NCBI RefSeq assembly: GCF_021869535.1
Contig: NW_026262701.1
Coordinates: forward strand, 31,558,001-31,622,000
Direction: 5' to 3'
DNA: 64,000 nt
Origin: Mytilus californianus
Lineage: Eukaryota
The position numbers were made by a program, and so were the translations under genes. The notes under the pieces were generated by a model. It had not been told where the DNA came from. It searched no databases and saw only the letters and a program-made list of their open reading frames with translations. Position 1 is the stretch's first letter. The number at the start of each line of letters is the position of its first letter. Of this stretch, positions 11,585-25,640 are shown one piece after another.

Positions 11585-13307
11585 AACAAAACTAGAGGCT
11601 CTCAAGAGCCTGTGTCGCTCACCTGACTCTACTTTGGTTTTAGAAATCATGTAAAGATAGATAAAAATCATAACAGATACCCAAATAATGATTGAGGCCA
11701 AATTTGGTTTAATATTGGTCCCGTTATTTAATAAAATATCCTGGTGGCCATCTTGAACAGTTAATCGGCAACAAAGTAGCAACACTTGGTCAGCACCTCA
11801 TAAGGAACATTCATGCCAAGTTTGGTTTCATTTCATTCAGTGGTTAACTCTAAAAGAAGACATTTGTATGTATTTCCCATAGGGTCCTATGTTAAACTAA
11901 GTCCCCCCTGGCGGCCATCTTGGATGATGGACTGACTGCAAAGTACCAACACTTGGTCAGCACCTCAAAAGGAACATTCATGCCATGTTTGGTTTCATTC
12001 AATTCAGTGGTTCTCAAAAAGAAGACATTTGTTTGTATTTCCCATAAGGTCCTATGTTAAACTAAGTCCCCCGATAGCGGCTATCTTGGATTATGGTTCA
12101 GCTGCAAAGAAACAACACTTGGTCAACACCTCATAAGGAACATTCATGCCATGTTTGGTTTCATTCCATTCAGTGGTTCTCTAATAGAAGACATTTGTAT
12201 GTATTTCCCATAGGGTCCTATGTGAAACTAAGTCCCCCGCTGGTGGCCATCTTGGATAATGGATTGACTACAAAGTAACAACACTTGATCAACACCTCAT
12301 AAGGAACATTCATGCCATGTTTGGTTCCATTCCATTCAGTGGTTCTCTAAAAGAAGACATTTGTATATATTTCCCATAGGGTCCTATGTTAAACTAAGTC
12401 CCCCGCTGTCGGCCATCTTGGATGATGGACCGACTGCAAAGTAACAACACTTGGTCAGCACTTCATAAGTAACAGTCATGCCATGTTTTGTTTCATTCCA
12501 TTCACTGGTTCTCTAAAAGAAGACATTTGTATGTATTTCCCATAGGGTCCTATGTTAAACTAAGTCCCCCGCTGGCGGCCATCTTGGATGATGGACCGAC
12601 TACAAAGTAACAACACTTGGTCAACACCTCATAAGGAATATTCATGCCATGTTTTGTTTCATTCCATTCAGTGGTTCTCTAATAGAAGACATTTGTATGT
12701 ATTTCCCATAGGTTCCTATGTTAAACTAAGTCCCCCGCTGGCGGCCATCTTAGATGATGGACCGACTGCAAAGTAACAACACTTGGTCAGCACTTCATAA
12801 GTAACAGTCATGCCATGTTTTGTTTCATTCCATTCACTGGTTCTCTAAAAGAAGACATTTGTATGTATTTTCCATAGGGTCCTATGTTAAACTAAGTCCC
12901 CCGCTGGCGGCCATCTTGGATGATGGACCGACTACAAAGTAACAACACTTGGTCAACACCTCATAAGGAACATTCATGTCATGTTTGGTTTTATTCCATT
13001 CACTGGTTCTCTAAAAGAAGACATTTGTATGTATTTCCCATAGGGTCCTATGTTAAACTAAGTCCCCCGCTGGCGGCCATCTTGGATGATGGATCGGCTA
13101 CAAAGTAACAACACTTGGTCAGCACCTCATAAGGAACATTCATGCCATGTTTGGTTTCATTCCATTCAGTGGTTCTCTAGGAGAAGTTCAAAATGTAAAA
13201 AAGTTAACGACGTCGACGGACGACGACGGACGACGACAGACGACGGACGACGGACGCCATGTGATGAGAAAAGCTCACTTGGCCCTTTGGGCCAGGTGAG
13301 CTAAAAA
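11585..13307 (-). mobile_element. HINE/DINE-1-like non-autonomous Helentron element with 166-bp satellite core
   Basis: On the minus strand: TTTTTAGCTCACCTG subterminal IR with short hairpin, (CGT/GTCC)n microsatellite, tandem core, then CAGGTGAGC and an AGGCTCTTGAGAGCCT hairpin before TTGTT. Confidence 0.85.
11740..13180. repeat. Tandem satellite, about 8.5 x 166 bp
   Basis: AACACTTG anchor at 11781, 11948, 12114, 12280, 12446, 12612, 12778, 12944, 13110. Confidence 0.97.
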
Positions 13308-13428
13308 GTAAGATTCTTTATGGAAAATCATGTAATATATCAGAAATAAAGTTGGTCATCATACATAAGCGAATTCAAAGATTTGATTGGTGTTCTTGTA
13401 AAAATCAAAATATACCATCTAAGCATAA

Positions 13429-13850
13429 ATAAAGGCAACAGTAGTATACCGGTGTTTAATAGTCATTAATCTATTTAACTGAAACAAATCCTGGTTACAA
13501 ACAAAAACCGAGGGAAACGCATCAACTATAAGAGGAAAACAACGGAACAACAGAAACACTTAACTGCCACAAAAACAAACGCCAACATACATAGATAATA
13601 GACTATTTGATAACAACTGCCATATTCCTGACTTGGTACAGGACATTTTAAGAAAAATGGTGGGTTTAACCTGGTTTTATGGCTAGCAAAACCTCCTGCT
13701 TATATGGCAATATTAAAAATACCGCTAAAATGACAACACTACGTGACAGGAATACAGTACAAATAAACACAAGTACACTCAGGACAGAGAAATACATAAA
13801 TAAATAATATAATAGTACATTACAACATGTAAACCACAGAATAACAACGG
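13429..13850 (+). repeat. Abundant interspersed repeat (AAATAAAGGCAACAGTAGTATACCG family)
   Basis: Further copies at about 2459-2645, 18880-19148 and 63050-63310 (+), and 10170-10305, 21440-21550 and 25860-26270 (-). Confidence 0.85.
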
Positions 13851-15909
13851 ACACCTCGGTTTTCATTTGAATATAAAAAAAGATTGTCTGATTTATATTA
13901 TGTATCAGTCAGGGGCATTACTTAAACAAGTAACTTTGAAAATTACCTATACAAGTTATGTTGAAAACGAGGCTACTTTGAATATAACTTATCGTAAATA
14001 TTATTTGTATAAGTGTCCATTCATTTAGATTTTACTAGCTTTAAAAAATTTTCACAGACATCTGGTTATTTTTCCCAAGAAATATAAAACAGATCCTCCT
14101 GAAACACTAATTGCCTTTCAAAACTCTCAATAACAAATGCACGCAATAATTTCTGAATTTACAGTATTTAAGTCTGCTTTGTTTTCTTTTGTATTTCAAT
14201 TGCCTTTGCATTTTAGAGCAGTTAAATATAAATTTGGATTTAATCTGAAGTTGATTCGGTACTTAGTAGATTTCATGGCACAATAACACTTTATTATTTA
14301 AAAAAGCATATGCAAACTCTATTTACTGATCACCTTAACTAATCATTCATTATTCAATCAATAATTTCAGATGCGGATCCAGGATTTTGAAAAAGGGAGG
14401 GGGGGTTGGGGGGTGGTGGGCGCAGGCCACCAAACAAGATAAAATTTTTAGTGGAACAGATAAAAAGTCTGATTAACCTTAAAACAAGTTTCATAAAGGG
14501 GCGGGCACCCTGGCCCCCTTAAATCCCCCTTGCATTTAATTAAAGGACTCTTTCCATTTGTTTAACTTAACGGTTATCTGTAGTACTTTTGAATTCAAAT
14601 TTAAGAAAACAATTCACAAACTTGTATAGACAGAAATAATGTGAAAAGCGTGATATCATATTGGATTTCAGCTTTTTGTTCAGTTTTCTTTGCATTGATG
14701 ATAATGCCACATGTCGAGCAGGATCTGCTTACCCTTCCGGAGCACCTGAGATCACCCCAAGTTTTTGGTAGGATTCGTGTTGTTTAGCCTTTAGTTTTCT
14801 ATGTTGTGTCATCTGTACTATTATTTGTCTGTTTGTCTTTTTATTTTGGCCATGGCGTTGTCAGTTTGTTTTCGATCTGTGAGTTTGACTGTCCCTCTGC
14901 TATCTTTCGTCCCTCGTTTAATATCCATTTAGGGCTTTTGGATGTTCAGATTTTTTCTCTTAATTTAGAGCCAGCAGCAGAACTATTTGTGACATTTTTA
15001 CCTATTGTGTTTGTTTGTTCACACATCGTTGTCAATATAATGGAATGTGATGTAACTGGCATGCAAGTGAGAGGTTTAGCTAGCTTTGAAACAAGGTTTA
15101 ATCCACCATTTTCTACATAAGAAGATGCCTGTACCAAGTCAGGAATATGACAGTTGTTATCCATTCGTTTGTTGTGTTTGAGCTTTTGATTTTGACATTT
15201 GATTAGGGACTTTCCTTTTTGAATTTTCCTCGGAGTTCAGTATTTTTGTGATTTTACTTTTTTCTTGTACAACTTATATAGTTTCTAATATTAAAGCAGG
15301 TATAATTAAAATGTTAAAATTCTGTCCACTGCGAATAAACTTTTTCCCATTCAATATCAATGTTCACAATTTCAAAGCATGTATTGTCTACCTTTTCTGT
15401 TTTTCCATATTGTATTTTATTTGTAATGCAAAGTTATATTCTATTGTTACACAAGTTCTGCTGCTGAACCCCTCTTGGTAGGAAAATATATAAGTTTTGG
15501 CATGAAATCGACGATATTTGTTCTGTTATATGAAATATCCCCCACCTCCTTTTCAAAAATCCTGGATCCGCGGAAAGGTACTTGCTTTCCTCTGAATTTG
15601 CTATTGTTACATCTGGAAAAAAAGCTACCAATAAATATGCCCGACGATCATCGATGTCACATTACAAGAACCCATCTCTTTGCTGATCATAGAAAAATAA
15701 AAGATAGTTTGGTAATATACATGTATTGTTTAAAAATCTCAAGAGAAACATTCCCATACAGAATCCCTATCAATACGTAATTTCTCCTCTCTTGATAGTG
15801 AAATTGTAAATATGTATATTGATCGGCAAGCCTCGCATCTTGAAAATTATTGTTTCGAGGAAAAAACTATTGTTTCACACTTGATGCTGTGTTAGAATGT
15901 ATAATATCA

Positions 15910-16875
15910 TTTTTGTCGAGCCTTCGACTTTAGTCGAAAAAGCGAGACATAGCGATCCTACATTCCGTCGACGTCAGCGGCATCCACAAATATCCACTCT
16001 GTGATTAAAGTTTTTGAAATTTAAATAACTTTCTTAAACTATCCTGGATTTCTACCAAACTTGTAAAACTAAAATTCCATTTTTTCCGTATTTTACTTAT
16101 GAATGGACTTAGTTTTTCTGCCGGGAAATATTACATTCACTCTGTGGTTAAAGTTTTTAAAATTTTAATAACTTTCTTAAACTATCCTGGGTTTGTACCA
16201 AACTTGGACAGAAGCTTGTTTATGATCATAAGATAGTATCCAGAAGTAAATTTTGTAAAAAAATAAATCCATTTTTTCCGTATTCCGTATTTTACTTTTA
16301 AATGGACTTAGATTTTCTGCCAGGAAACAACACATTCACTCTGTGGTTAAAGTTTTTAAAATTTTAATAACTTTCTTATATTATTTTGGATTTGTACCAA
16401 ACTTGGACATAAGCTTGTTTATGATCAAAAGCTAGTATCTAGAGGGAAATTTTGTAGAAAAATAAATCCATTTTTTCCGTATTTTACTTTTAAATGGACT
16501 TAGATTTTCTGACAGGAAACAACACAATCACTCTGTGGTTAAAGTTTTTAAATTTTTAATAACTTTCTTATACTATTTTGGATTTGTACCAAACTTAGAC
16601 AGAAGCTTGTTTATGATGAAAAGCTAGTATCTAGAAGGAAATTTTGTTTTCTTCCAGTTAAAATTACATTCAGTCTGCAGTTAAAGTTTTTAAACATTTA
16701 TTAGATTCATAAACTATCCTTGATTTTTACCACACTTGGACAGAAGCTTCTTACAATCAAAAGATAGTATCAAGTGGAATATTTTTATTGATTTACTTCC
16801 TCATTTTTGTTGAGCCTGCAATTAACAGAAAACGTAGGCGAGACACTGGGTTCCGTGGAACCCTTACGAATTTTT
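15910..16875 (+). mobile_element. HINE-like element with ~192-bp tandem core
   Basis: 5' TTTTTGTCGAGCC...GCGAGACA; core anchors at about 15997, 16140, 16339, 16531, 16673; 3' GGCGAGACA plus GGGTTCCGTGGAACCC hairpin. Confidence 0.8.
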
Positions 16876-19800
16876 ATATATGATCAGCATACAAAGTCAG
16901 AGAATCTAAGTTCTTCAATTTAAATAACTTTGTTTAATCTCATTACTGATTAAACGTTTTCAGCGCACCAGAGTAAAAACTGTCTATTTTAGATACTTTT
17001 TTTTAATATAAATCAATTTGATTCAAGTCTAAATTTTATAGTGAAATTGATATTAAAAACAATGTTCAAACAAGCTACATGTTCAAACACTGAGTTTATT
17101 TTTATATGCTTTCTAAGAATATTTATACAAAGATAGTGAAACAACGACTTGTATCCTTCCATCTATCAAATGGGTGTTTGAGAATAGAAAGCAAATTATA
17201 AGTACCAAGTTTCAGAGGAAAGTATGTTGTCAATTTTTTTCTTACAATGAGATGTTTTCAAAAACCTGTAATTACTTGAAAAAAATGACATATTCAGCCA
17301 TTCCATGACTATTTTTTTTTGTTACAAAAGTGAAGGAACATAAAATTTGGAATAGTTATTTACGAAAGTGTCGAAATTTAACTACAGTCATTACTTTTAC
17401 TCAAACTTACTGTTGTGAACTTGCAATTGCCTACGTTGAGTATACAAAATCTCCCTTTGATCTCCACTTGGCCACGAATAAGCTCACATAATTGCGTGTC
17501 CGATAAATTTGGAGTAACTATAAACTAATCTAAAAAATGGTTTTACTTCATATGTTATACCCCTCCATACGTTACCATACCTATTTAAGGAATAATTTGG
17601 GATTTTCTGTGGACCTACGCAAATTTTCAGAAAAAAGTTTCACTTCACTCGTCAATTTAGAATACTTTAACAATACTTTATAACAATAAATATAAATAAT
17701 AATGAAGCTTATTCACTCAAGATTTTGAACACTATAAGTTTTATTAATGTTCTAGTAAAAATAAGACGATCCAAGTTTAAAAAAAAAACCACGAGGTATG
17801 CACGTTTACAAAAAAACCGTAAACTCTTACCTTTTGTCACGGGACCAATGTCTTGACCTTAGAAGCCGTTAAATCGTTTGCCGTCCAACTACTGTGTTGA
17901 AGACCCATTGGTGGCCTTTGGCTGTTTTCTGCTCTTTGGTCGGGTTGATGTCTCTTTGACTCATTCCCCATTTACATTCTCAATTTTACATATGTTCCTT
18001 AAATAATTGTAATTACTTATTCTTTCAAAGATGTAAAAATAACTTAAACAAGTAGTATTTTTGTCATTATTTTTAAAGAAACCTTGTATCTCTATACTTC
18101 TTTCAAATTTAATGAATTCTTAATTTTATGTGATGAAATGATGTAAAATTTCATAAAAACTACATTTAGTTTCTATTGAAATTTAAAATAACCCTTCTGA
18201 GTAATTTGATAATGTTTAAAAACTAAATTTACCTGTACAAGCAACTAAAAAAAATAACTTGTTTAAGTAACGCCCCTGACTGATGTAAAGCTTTATACAT
18301 GTATTACTTTGTTTGACATATTCACCATAAGAGGAGACTATTGTTCAAACTGGAATTTAAGACATAAAAACACAGAGACATAATTTCACTCCTATGCATG
18401 AGAATTAAAAAAAAAGTGTCACAAACTACATGCCTTAAAGAGAGAGTTAAAACATAAATAATACAAACAACAACGGGTAATGTAACGATAAGATCTATTT
18501 AGAAAGAAGTTAGAGAATACTAAATTAGGGAGATGTGGTATGATTGCTAATGACACAACTATCAAACAAAGCCAAAATGACGTGAATTCAAGCAACTCAA
18601 AGTCACAACGGCCCCCAACAATGAGAAAATCACATACTGTAAAGCCAGATATAAAAAGCCAGAACTGACAAAATGTGAAACAATTAAAACGAAAAAACGA
18701 AAAACCAACGTTATGATTCATGTAAAAAAAAACGAAAAAGTAACAAACAACAACATACGACAACCACTAAATTATTTCAAAAGACACAAAGTACCGATCT
18801 AAGCCTATAAACATTACTGTGGATTCATTACTATTACTGGAATACAAATGTTCGTGGATTTCATGGGTATAGGTAAATACTGGCAACAGTAGTATACCGG
18901 TGTTCAAAAGTCTTAAATCGATTGAGAGAAAACAAATCCGGGTTACAAACTAAAACCAAGAGAAACACATCAACTATAAGATGAAAACAAATGAACAACA
19001 GGAACACTGAAGTGCAACAAAAACAAACGCCAACATACATAGGAACGAACTATTTGATAACAACTGCCATATTCCTGACATGGTACAAGACAATATAAGA
19101 AAAAATGGTGGGTTGAACCTGGTTTAATGGCTAGCCAAACCTCCCGCTATCTAAAATCACGTATCCTAATAGTAAACAAAATAAAATTTACTATATGCCT
19201 GTATGCTTGTTTGCAAATTTTGCCAAAACTTCAATTTGTTCTATAATGCACGAAAATTGGTATCCAAGAAACTACAATTTATCTTTAATACACGAAAATT
19301 TGTATCCACGGAATAAATTCACAGTAACATATAAATCTTTTTCTCCCAGACAAAAGTATCAATTATTACACATCCAACAGGTTAAGTGTAAAAAGGTCTT
19401 TAACGGTATGAGAAAAGCATGACCGTGTGTAATGCCAACATATAAGTACATAATATCGACATGATGTATGACCATAGGTTTTTATAAATGTATAGCAATA
19501 CATATTAGTGTATGTTTAACCTAAACAAAAAAAAACATTTTAGTACCGATAAAAATAATATTCAAACATCTTGATACGGTGTTAAAATCATTAGTGTACT
19601 TCGATCATATATACATTTATCTGCTTTATCCGCTGTAGTATATCCTCTATTCCATCGCATGGCGTGCAGATACATGTATCTCAGTTAATACGTTACGCTT
19701 GAGCATGTTCAGACTAAATGGATTCGTTCACATGAGTATGCTCCTGACACAAAAACTGCTTCATCAGAATTATGAAATGCACCTTGTCTTGTAAGGAGTA

Positions 19801-22800
19801 CATCCAATGCACTTTAAGACAAATTAAATTTTACATTACTATGTGCAGTGGTTATCGGTACAACTTATTGAAATAACTACAGGAAAACTATATAAAATTC
19901 TTGAATTTTATGCGAGACTCCAATTCGAATTTATTTTTTTTAAGTTATGTTCATTCTTATTTGACTTTGGAATGACTAGTTCATCAAGAATATTTGTACT
20001 TTTTCATTTGATCTTTTTGGCAAGTAAAAATAAAGTTTGTTCAATGATAACTTCAAATTAACTTTTACTATAAAAAAAAAAGGAGATAGGATGGAAAACA
20101 GCCCAACATTTTGTATGATAATAATTGAACAAGTTTTACGGCTGAAAGATTTCTCCAATGGTATTCTTTTTTTTATATATCTTTTACGCTTATAAAATTA
20201 AATGATATTCATCTTAAATAAATCAATTGTTATACAATGTACAGTGTCTTTCATTTCAATTTACATTTTCAAGGCGACCTGTTTCAAACTGAAAACAATG
20301 TGCATGGATTCTATATTTTCAAATTAATGATTTAGATATATACTTTTCTTACTAAAGCTAAAATTGTAAACCGTGTGTGTCGTATGTATATTTGTAAAAA
20401 ATACATTTTGATGATTCTTCAAAATACGATTTTGCTTCGTTTGCATAGTTATCAGTAAGTGGTTGTTTAAAAATTGATAAATTTATCTAAATAATATGAG
20501 CTTTAAAAATTTGGGTACCCCAGAAAATATTAATAACACTATATATATATTTCATTTCGTTTGAAATTGGGTTTTGCCGTTTGGTATTTGTATTAATTAT
20601 ATATAGATGGGAACTAGTGTAACTAGTTCTGAAACTAGTTCTGCAAGAGTATGTACTATTTATAAAGTTTGATGTTACGTGTACAAGGCACGAGAAAAGT
20701 TTTGGCGGTTTCTACGGGTGGAGTTTTATGGTACTATATAAGGTTTGGCATTTAAATGTATTAGTATCGAAGATGCTCGCAGTTACGTCGAATCTTCACG
20801 AAGTTAGTCACATTAGTATATATACAGTGGCAGTTTAAAATACATGACATATATGTGTCAAATAACGACAATAAAGTTTCGTAGTCATAACAATCATTAT
20901 GGTCAATACTATATAGATTAAACACTGCTTGTCGACCTTGATTTGAAAATATTTTCTGAGTTGGCAAACATATTGCAATTAAAAAACATAACACTATTAA
21001 GAATATAGAGTAATCATCTATTTCAATCGATTTTAATTTAAAAACAAATTTTCTTCAAGTTTAACCTCTATTTCTGAAAACTACAGATTTTGTTTTTGCT
21101 AGGTTTATATACAAATACTTTCTAAGTTTATAGGACTGACGACCCTGGTGCATTATTTATATTTCCTCTTCATTTACATTCAGTGAAGTAGATAGAGAAA
21201 ATAAGGATATTCTTTTCAATAGACCATTATTGCGCACGCGAAAATTTTCCATCTTATTTGACATATGACTTGCTATTGATATAAAATCTGATGAATTTCT
21301 ATCTAAATCTGTTATTACAACACTATCTAATGTTGGTTTTTTTTAATAAAATACTCAAATCAGCAATACATCCATTTCCCTTTATTTAACATATTTAAAA
21401 TTAGGGCATGAATGTGGAAGGGTAAAAATGACATCTGTTGTACCATACTGTGTTGTGTTTCCCTCAGTTTTAGTTTGGAACCCGGATTTGTTTTTTTCTC
21501 AATTGATTTATGAATTTCGAACAGCGGTATACTACGGTTGCCTTTATTTATCTTTTGTACCATAACCTGGTCCGTGATAACAACATTTTCATCAATTCAT
21601 TTCAGCAAATGTTCAGTAGTCTGGTATTTATTAAGGATATCAAAAAATTATCAACAGTCGATACCAAGGAAATGACTTGATAGATGTAAGCAAATTTATT
21701 AAATTGAAATTGAATTAACAAACAGAACTCTATTTACAGCAAGTTGATAAATAATGGAAAGTTCTGAAATATTAGATTACATATCAACTTGGTTTTATTT
21801 TTAATCTAGTCCAAAATTGAGAATACATCCTCATACTGTTAGGGTAATTCCCATATAAAGACGTCCATAATCGTTTTTGTAAAAACATCATAGAATCAAA
21901 GGCAAAAACTCATAAATTGTTAGGGTTCACAGCCCATCCTTTTCTCTGAAAATGCTGGACCCACTGCTGATAACTGGACAAACCTGTATATTGCATTCGG
22001 AATGTGAAAATATGGAAAGAATATGACGTCAATAATAACTTGACAAAATCAAAGTTTATTCATCTAAAGAAAAACACTGTGTTTGTATAATGTTAATGAA
22101 ATGCACCTTGTCATGTAAGGAGTACATCCTACGCACTTTAAGACAAATTAAATTTTACATTTTGGTTTGAAGGAATATCGGATCAAAATAAACATTGCAA
22201 ATGCAAAACGTCAATTATCTAGTTTCATTTAATCAAGCAAAATCATAACAAAGACATGTCAGATTACATGCATTTTTTTTATTGGAAAAAAAATGATCAG
22301 AAGTCTGGTGGCAATGCAATAACACAGGACGAATGTATGATAAGGCCACTTGTTGATCCCTTCATTCAAAAGCACAAATCATTATAAATCTATGAAATAA
22401 AATCCTTCAGATATTCAAAATACTTTCTTTTAACCTTCAAATTTTATAAAGCATTTCAGGAAAAACGTTCAAGATTCTACCATAATGACATCTTTTTCAA
22501 ACCTTCCTATTACATGCGAAAAAAATGTATTTTCCGTCAGAAAATACAAATATTAATTATGAACAAACATAAATAACCAAGCACATGTCTACATCATTAC
22601 GTGATGTGACCACATTTGACTTCATACATACTGCAGCGATGCGAAATTGGTTGATTCAACTGCTGAATTCAAGCTTACGGTGCTCATTTAACAGTCCTAA
22701 TGAAGAGTCTAATCTTAGCATTGCCCGGCTTTTGCTAAATATTTTGTACTTTTTGGTTGATAAGCTCTTTGTTTTTTTAATATGTTTCACATTTCTAAAT

Positions 22801-23166
22801 ATTTTGGCCTCGATCAACATCGAAGAGACAGTTATTGTCGAACAGTGCATCTGGTGAAGGCAAATTGGTACCGTTAATGTTAATGAAAAGTTTAAGGGAC
22901 CGATTGACGTCAATCAAACTCATCTCATAAACGTTCAAGCCCATGTGTGATTTAAAAAGAGGGAAAGGATGCTATAAATTATAAATCAAAAGTCGAAACA
23001 AACACCAGTCTGAAAGAGTCTATTAAAAAAACTAAAGATTGGGCTGCACGAATCTCGAATTGTCAACAGCCTTGTCGGTTTCTATGATTAAATGTGCGCA
23101 CATTTGTGCATCTTCTGACAAAATAACCACGATCAGATAAACAAATACTTATTTGAAATGCATATA

Positions 23167-23612
23167 TCGAAAATCGTTGAACGATGTGGGCGAAATAATT
23201 AAATCAAACTTTGTTTCTTTATAATACTGCGAATTTTAATGGTCAATTTATTACAATACTTCAATTAAATTAATGGGCGACACCATAACGAGATTATTGT
23301 AATATATAATTAATTTTATTATTCCCTAAACTTAATTTTTCCAATAAAGTGATAGGTTATCAAATATTGTAAGTTGTTATGATTTTGCCCAACTAAAATG
23401 ATTATTTAGATAGTGTCGAAAATCGTTGAACGATGAGCGCGAAATTTATACATCAAAATTTACAAACATCTCTATGATACTGCCTATTTTCAGTCATGAC
23501 AATGCTTCAGTTAAACTAATGGGCGACACCATAAAGAGATTATTGTAATATATAATTAATTTTATTGTTCCTTAAACTTAATTTTTCAATACAAAATATA
23601 GGTTATCCAACA
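23167..23612. repeat. Two-unit tandem duplication, period 249 bp
   Basis: TCGAAAATCGTTGAACGATG at 23167 and 23416, with shared downstream ATGGGCGACACCATA...ATAGGTTATC. Confidence 0.9.
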
Positions 23613-23899
23613 TATCTTTTTTAAAAACGACAATAACAAGACAGCAGGATCAAAAAGTTATCGCAGTTATTTAAAGCAGATTTAGTATACCAAATATGCT
23701 GGTAATGAAATCAAATTTCGTTTATTATTATATCGGCAGCTGATATTAAGAATATTTTACAATACCGTCCACGACATGGCAAGTAGAATCAATCTTGCAT
23801 AACGCCTACTAGAGAGAAAACAAATTCTTCAGAGTTTTTAAAAAATGAATAAAATAAACTTTCGATTTCTTTTTTAATTAGTCATTTTACAAATTGTTA

Positions 23900-24300
23900 A
23901 TAAGGGTATCTCTAGTTTTATGGCCCACGTTGAGTATCTCTTAATTTTGCAAGCCGGCAATAGTTAAGTTTGACTACTAGTATGTAAAATACCGGGTAAC
24001 CCCGAAATCCTTGACTCCCCTCACCCTATGCTGACAGTCTCGTACGGGTCTAGGGCATAAGGTCTCTAAGCCATTTCAAACGCCATATCTACCTATACCT
24101 CTTGTATTATGGCCTATGATGAGAATCTCTTTTAATTTGGCCAACAGTCAATAGTTTTGATGGACTATGAAACATACCGGGTAACCGCAAACCCCGCATT
24201 CTATGCTGAAAAAACTCATAAGGGTCTAGGGCATAGGCGCTATGATCCATTTTAAAGGCAATGTCTACCTCTACCTCTGTTATTATGGCCCACGTGGAGT
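23900..24300. repeat. Degenerate tandem repeat, period about 180-190 bp
   Basis: TTATGGCC anchors at 23918, 24107 and 24283; shared GGGTCTAGGGCATA, CTATGCTGA and ATACCGGGTAAC. Confidence 0.75.
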
Positions 24301-25112
24301 CCCCCCCCCCCCCTTTCACCGCTTCTATGCTGGTAATGGCCCGATTATTTTTAGTTTTATTACTCTGATTGATATCCCCAGCTTTGAATAATGATTGATA
24401 TAGTAAATCATTTTTTTTCTGCTTTTTCATAAATTGTAGAAGTCCTTGTTTGTATGATCTGTTTAAAATGGTAGATGCATGGTCTATTTTAAGACATGAA
24501 GTACTTTTGATATGGGACTAGATTATGGCAATTCATTCCGTTTAAATTTTTTTCAGTTTATATGTAATGTTTAATTGTAAAATCACTAAATAAATTTTAG
24601 AATTCAAATACTTCGAGAGGTTAGAGATATTTATAAAAACTGTTTCATATGGATTGCCAATTTTCAAGAAGCAAATATGGATATTTCATCGCCATCGTTC
24701 TTTTTTTTTTCTCTTAATTCATAGTAATCGTTTAATTTCTACATTAAATCATCCTTTTATCTATTGTTGGTGCAGTAGAAATTATCTCGCTAATCATAGA
24801 ATTTTAAACGATTCGGTTCTTGGTTCTGTGTTAATGAAGGCTTTAACAAATTCTGTTTACTTTTATTTTAAATGTTGTTAAAAGAAGACACCTATTGATT
24901 TAGATTTTATATTGCTAGAAATAGCCATAAATAGCAGAACCATATTAGATATTTACAGCAACAATTTATTCTCATAATCTTTTAATTACCCACACTTCTT
25001 TATTGAATGCGGCCTCATCTCATAATCGCTATTACAGGTTAGCCTCACCAGCTAGCTTCACACTAGTTTCGTATTGCTCAGTTTTAAGGATTCTGTGAAG
25101 TGCTGTGTGGAT

Positions 25113-25151
<39 letters not shown>

Positions 25152-25249
25152 ACTAAATATTGTTTGAATTCTTTTTTCGGCTGTTTTCTTTTTTCGGCTG
25201 CTTGTTATATATAAGCTCACCCGTTTCTTGTTATAATATTCTTTCGATA

Positions 25250-25640
25250 ACACACCTGGTAAACCATCAAATCTCAACCAATTGGTTACGCGAGTAAAAA
25301 CTATACTGGCACTTCCTGATGAGCTTTTCTGGTATAAAATATCAAATTCATAAATAGGGTAGGAGACTTTTTTTCAATTTATTGTCAATCTTTGATCTTT
25401 TTGCTAAATAGGAGAATGCCATAAATAACTAAATAAAAAGTTTGTCTCATCTTTTACTCGAACCAATGTAATTTCAAATAGCATCGAAATGCTTTTTATC
25501 CTATAGGTAAATGGTGCCAGTACAGTCAGTTACCCTATCTACATTTCTTACATTTTATACCAGAAAAACTTAAAAGGGAGTGCCAGTAAACTTTTTTCTC
25601 GCTTAACCATTTGGATGAGATTTGATGATTCAACAGGCGT
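25250..25640. mobile_element. MITE with ~90-bp imperfect TIRs
   Basis: CATCAAATCTCAACCAATTGGTTACGCGAG...TTTTCTGGTATAAAAT at 25265-25341 is the inverted copy of 25552-25627; no clear TSD. Confidence 0.7.

Noticed and set aside
11740-13180. CRISPR-like or coding interpretation of the regular repeat (ORFs 12093, 12588, 12920, 13086)
   Set aside because: The monomers are contiguous 166-bp units with no unique spacers. The ORFs are by-products of the satellite, and 166 is not a multiple of 3.
22656-22913. Minus-strand ORF as an inverted copy of exon A (MLIEA versus MVDIEA)
   Set aside because: Similarity does not extend beyond a few residues.
24107-24430. 107-aa minus-strand ORF
   Set aside because: It lies in a degenerate non-coding tandem repeat and crosses a poly-G run; no domain is recognisable.
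25115-25150. 36-nt poly-T and other simple repeats ((AT)n near 9070, (TTA)n near 45760)
   Set aside because: Ordinary microsatellites or homopolymers within or near decayed repeats.
25317-25345. CTGATGAG as a hammerhead core
   Set aside because: There is no downstream GAAA or stems; the site is part of a MITE TIR.
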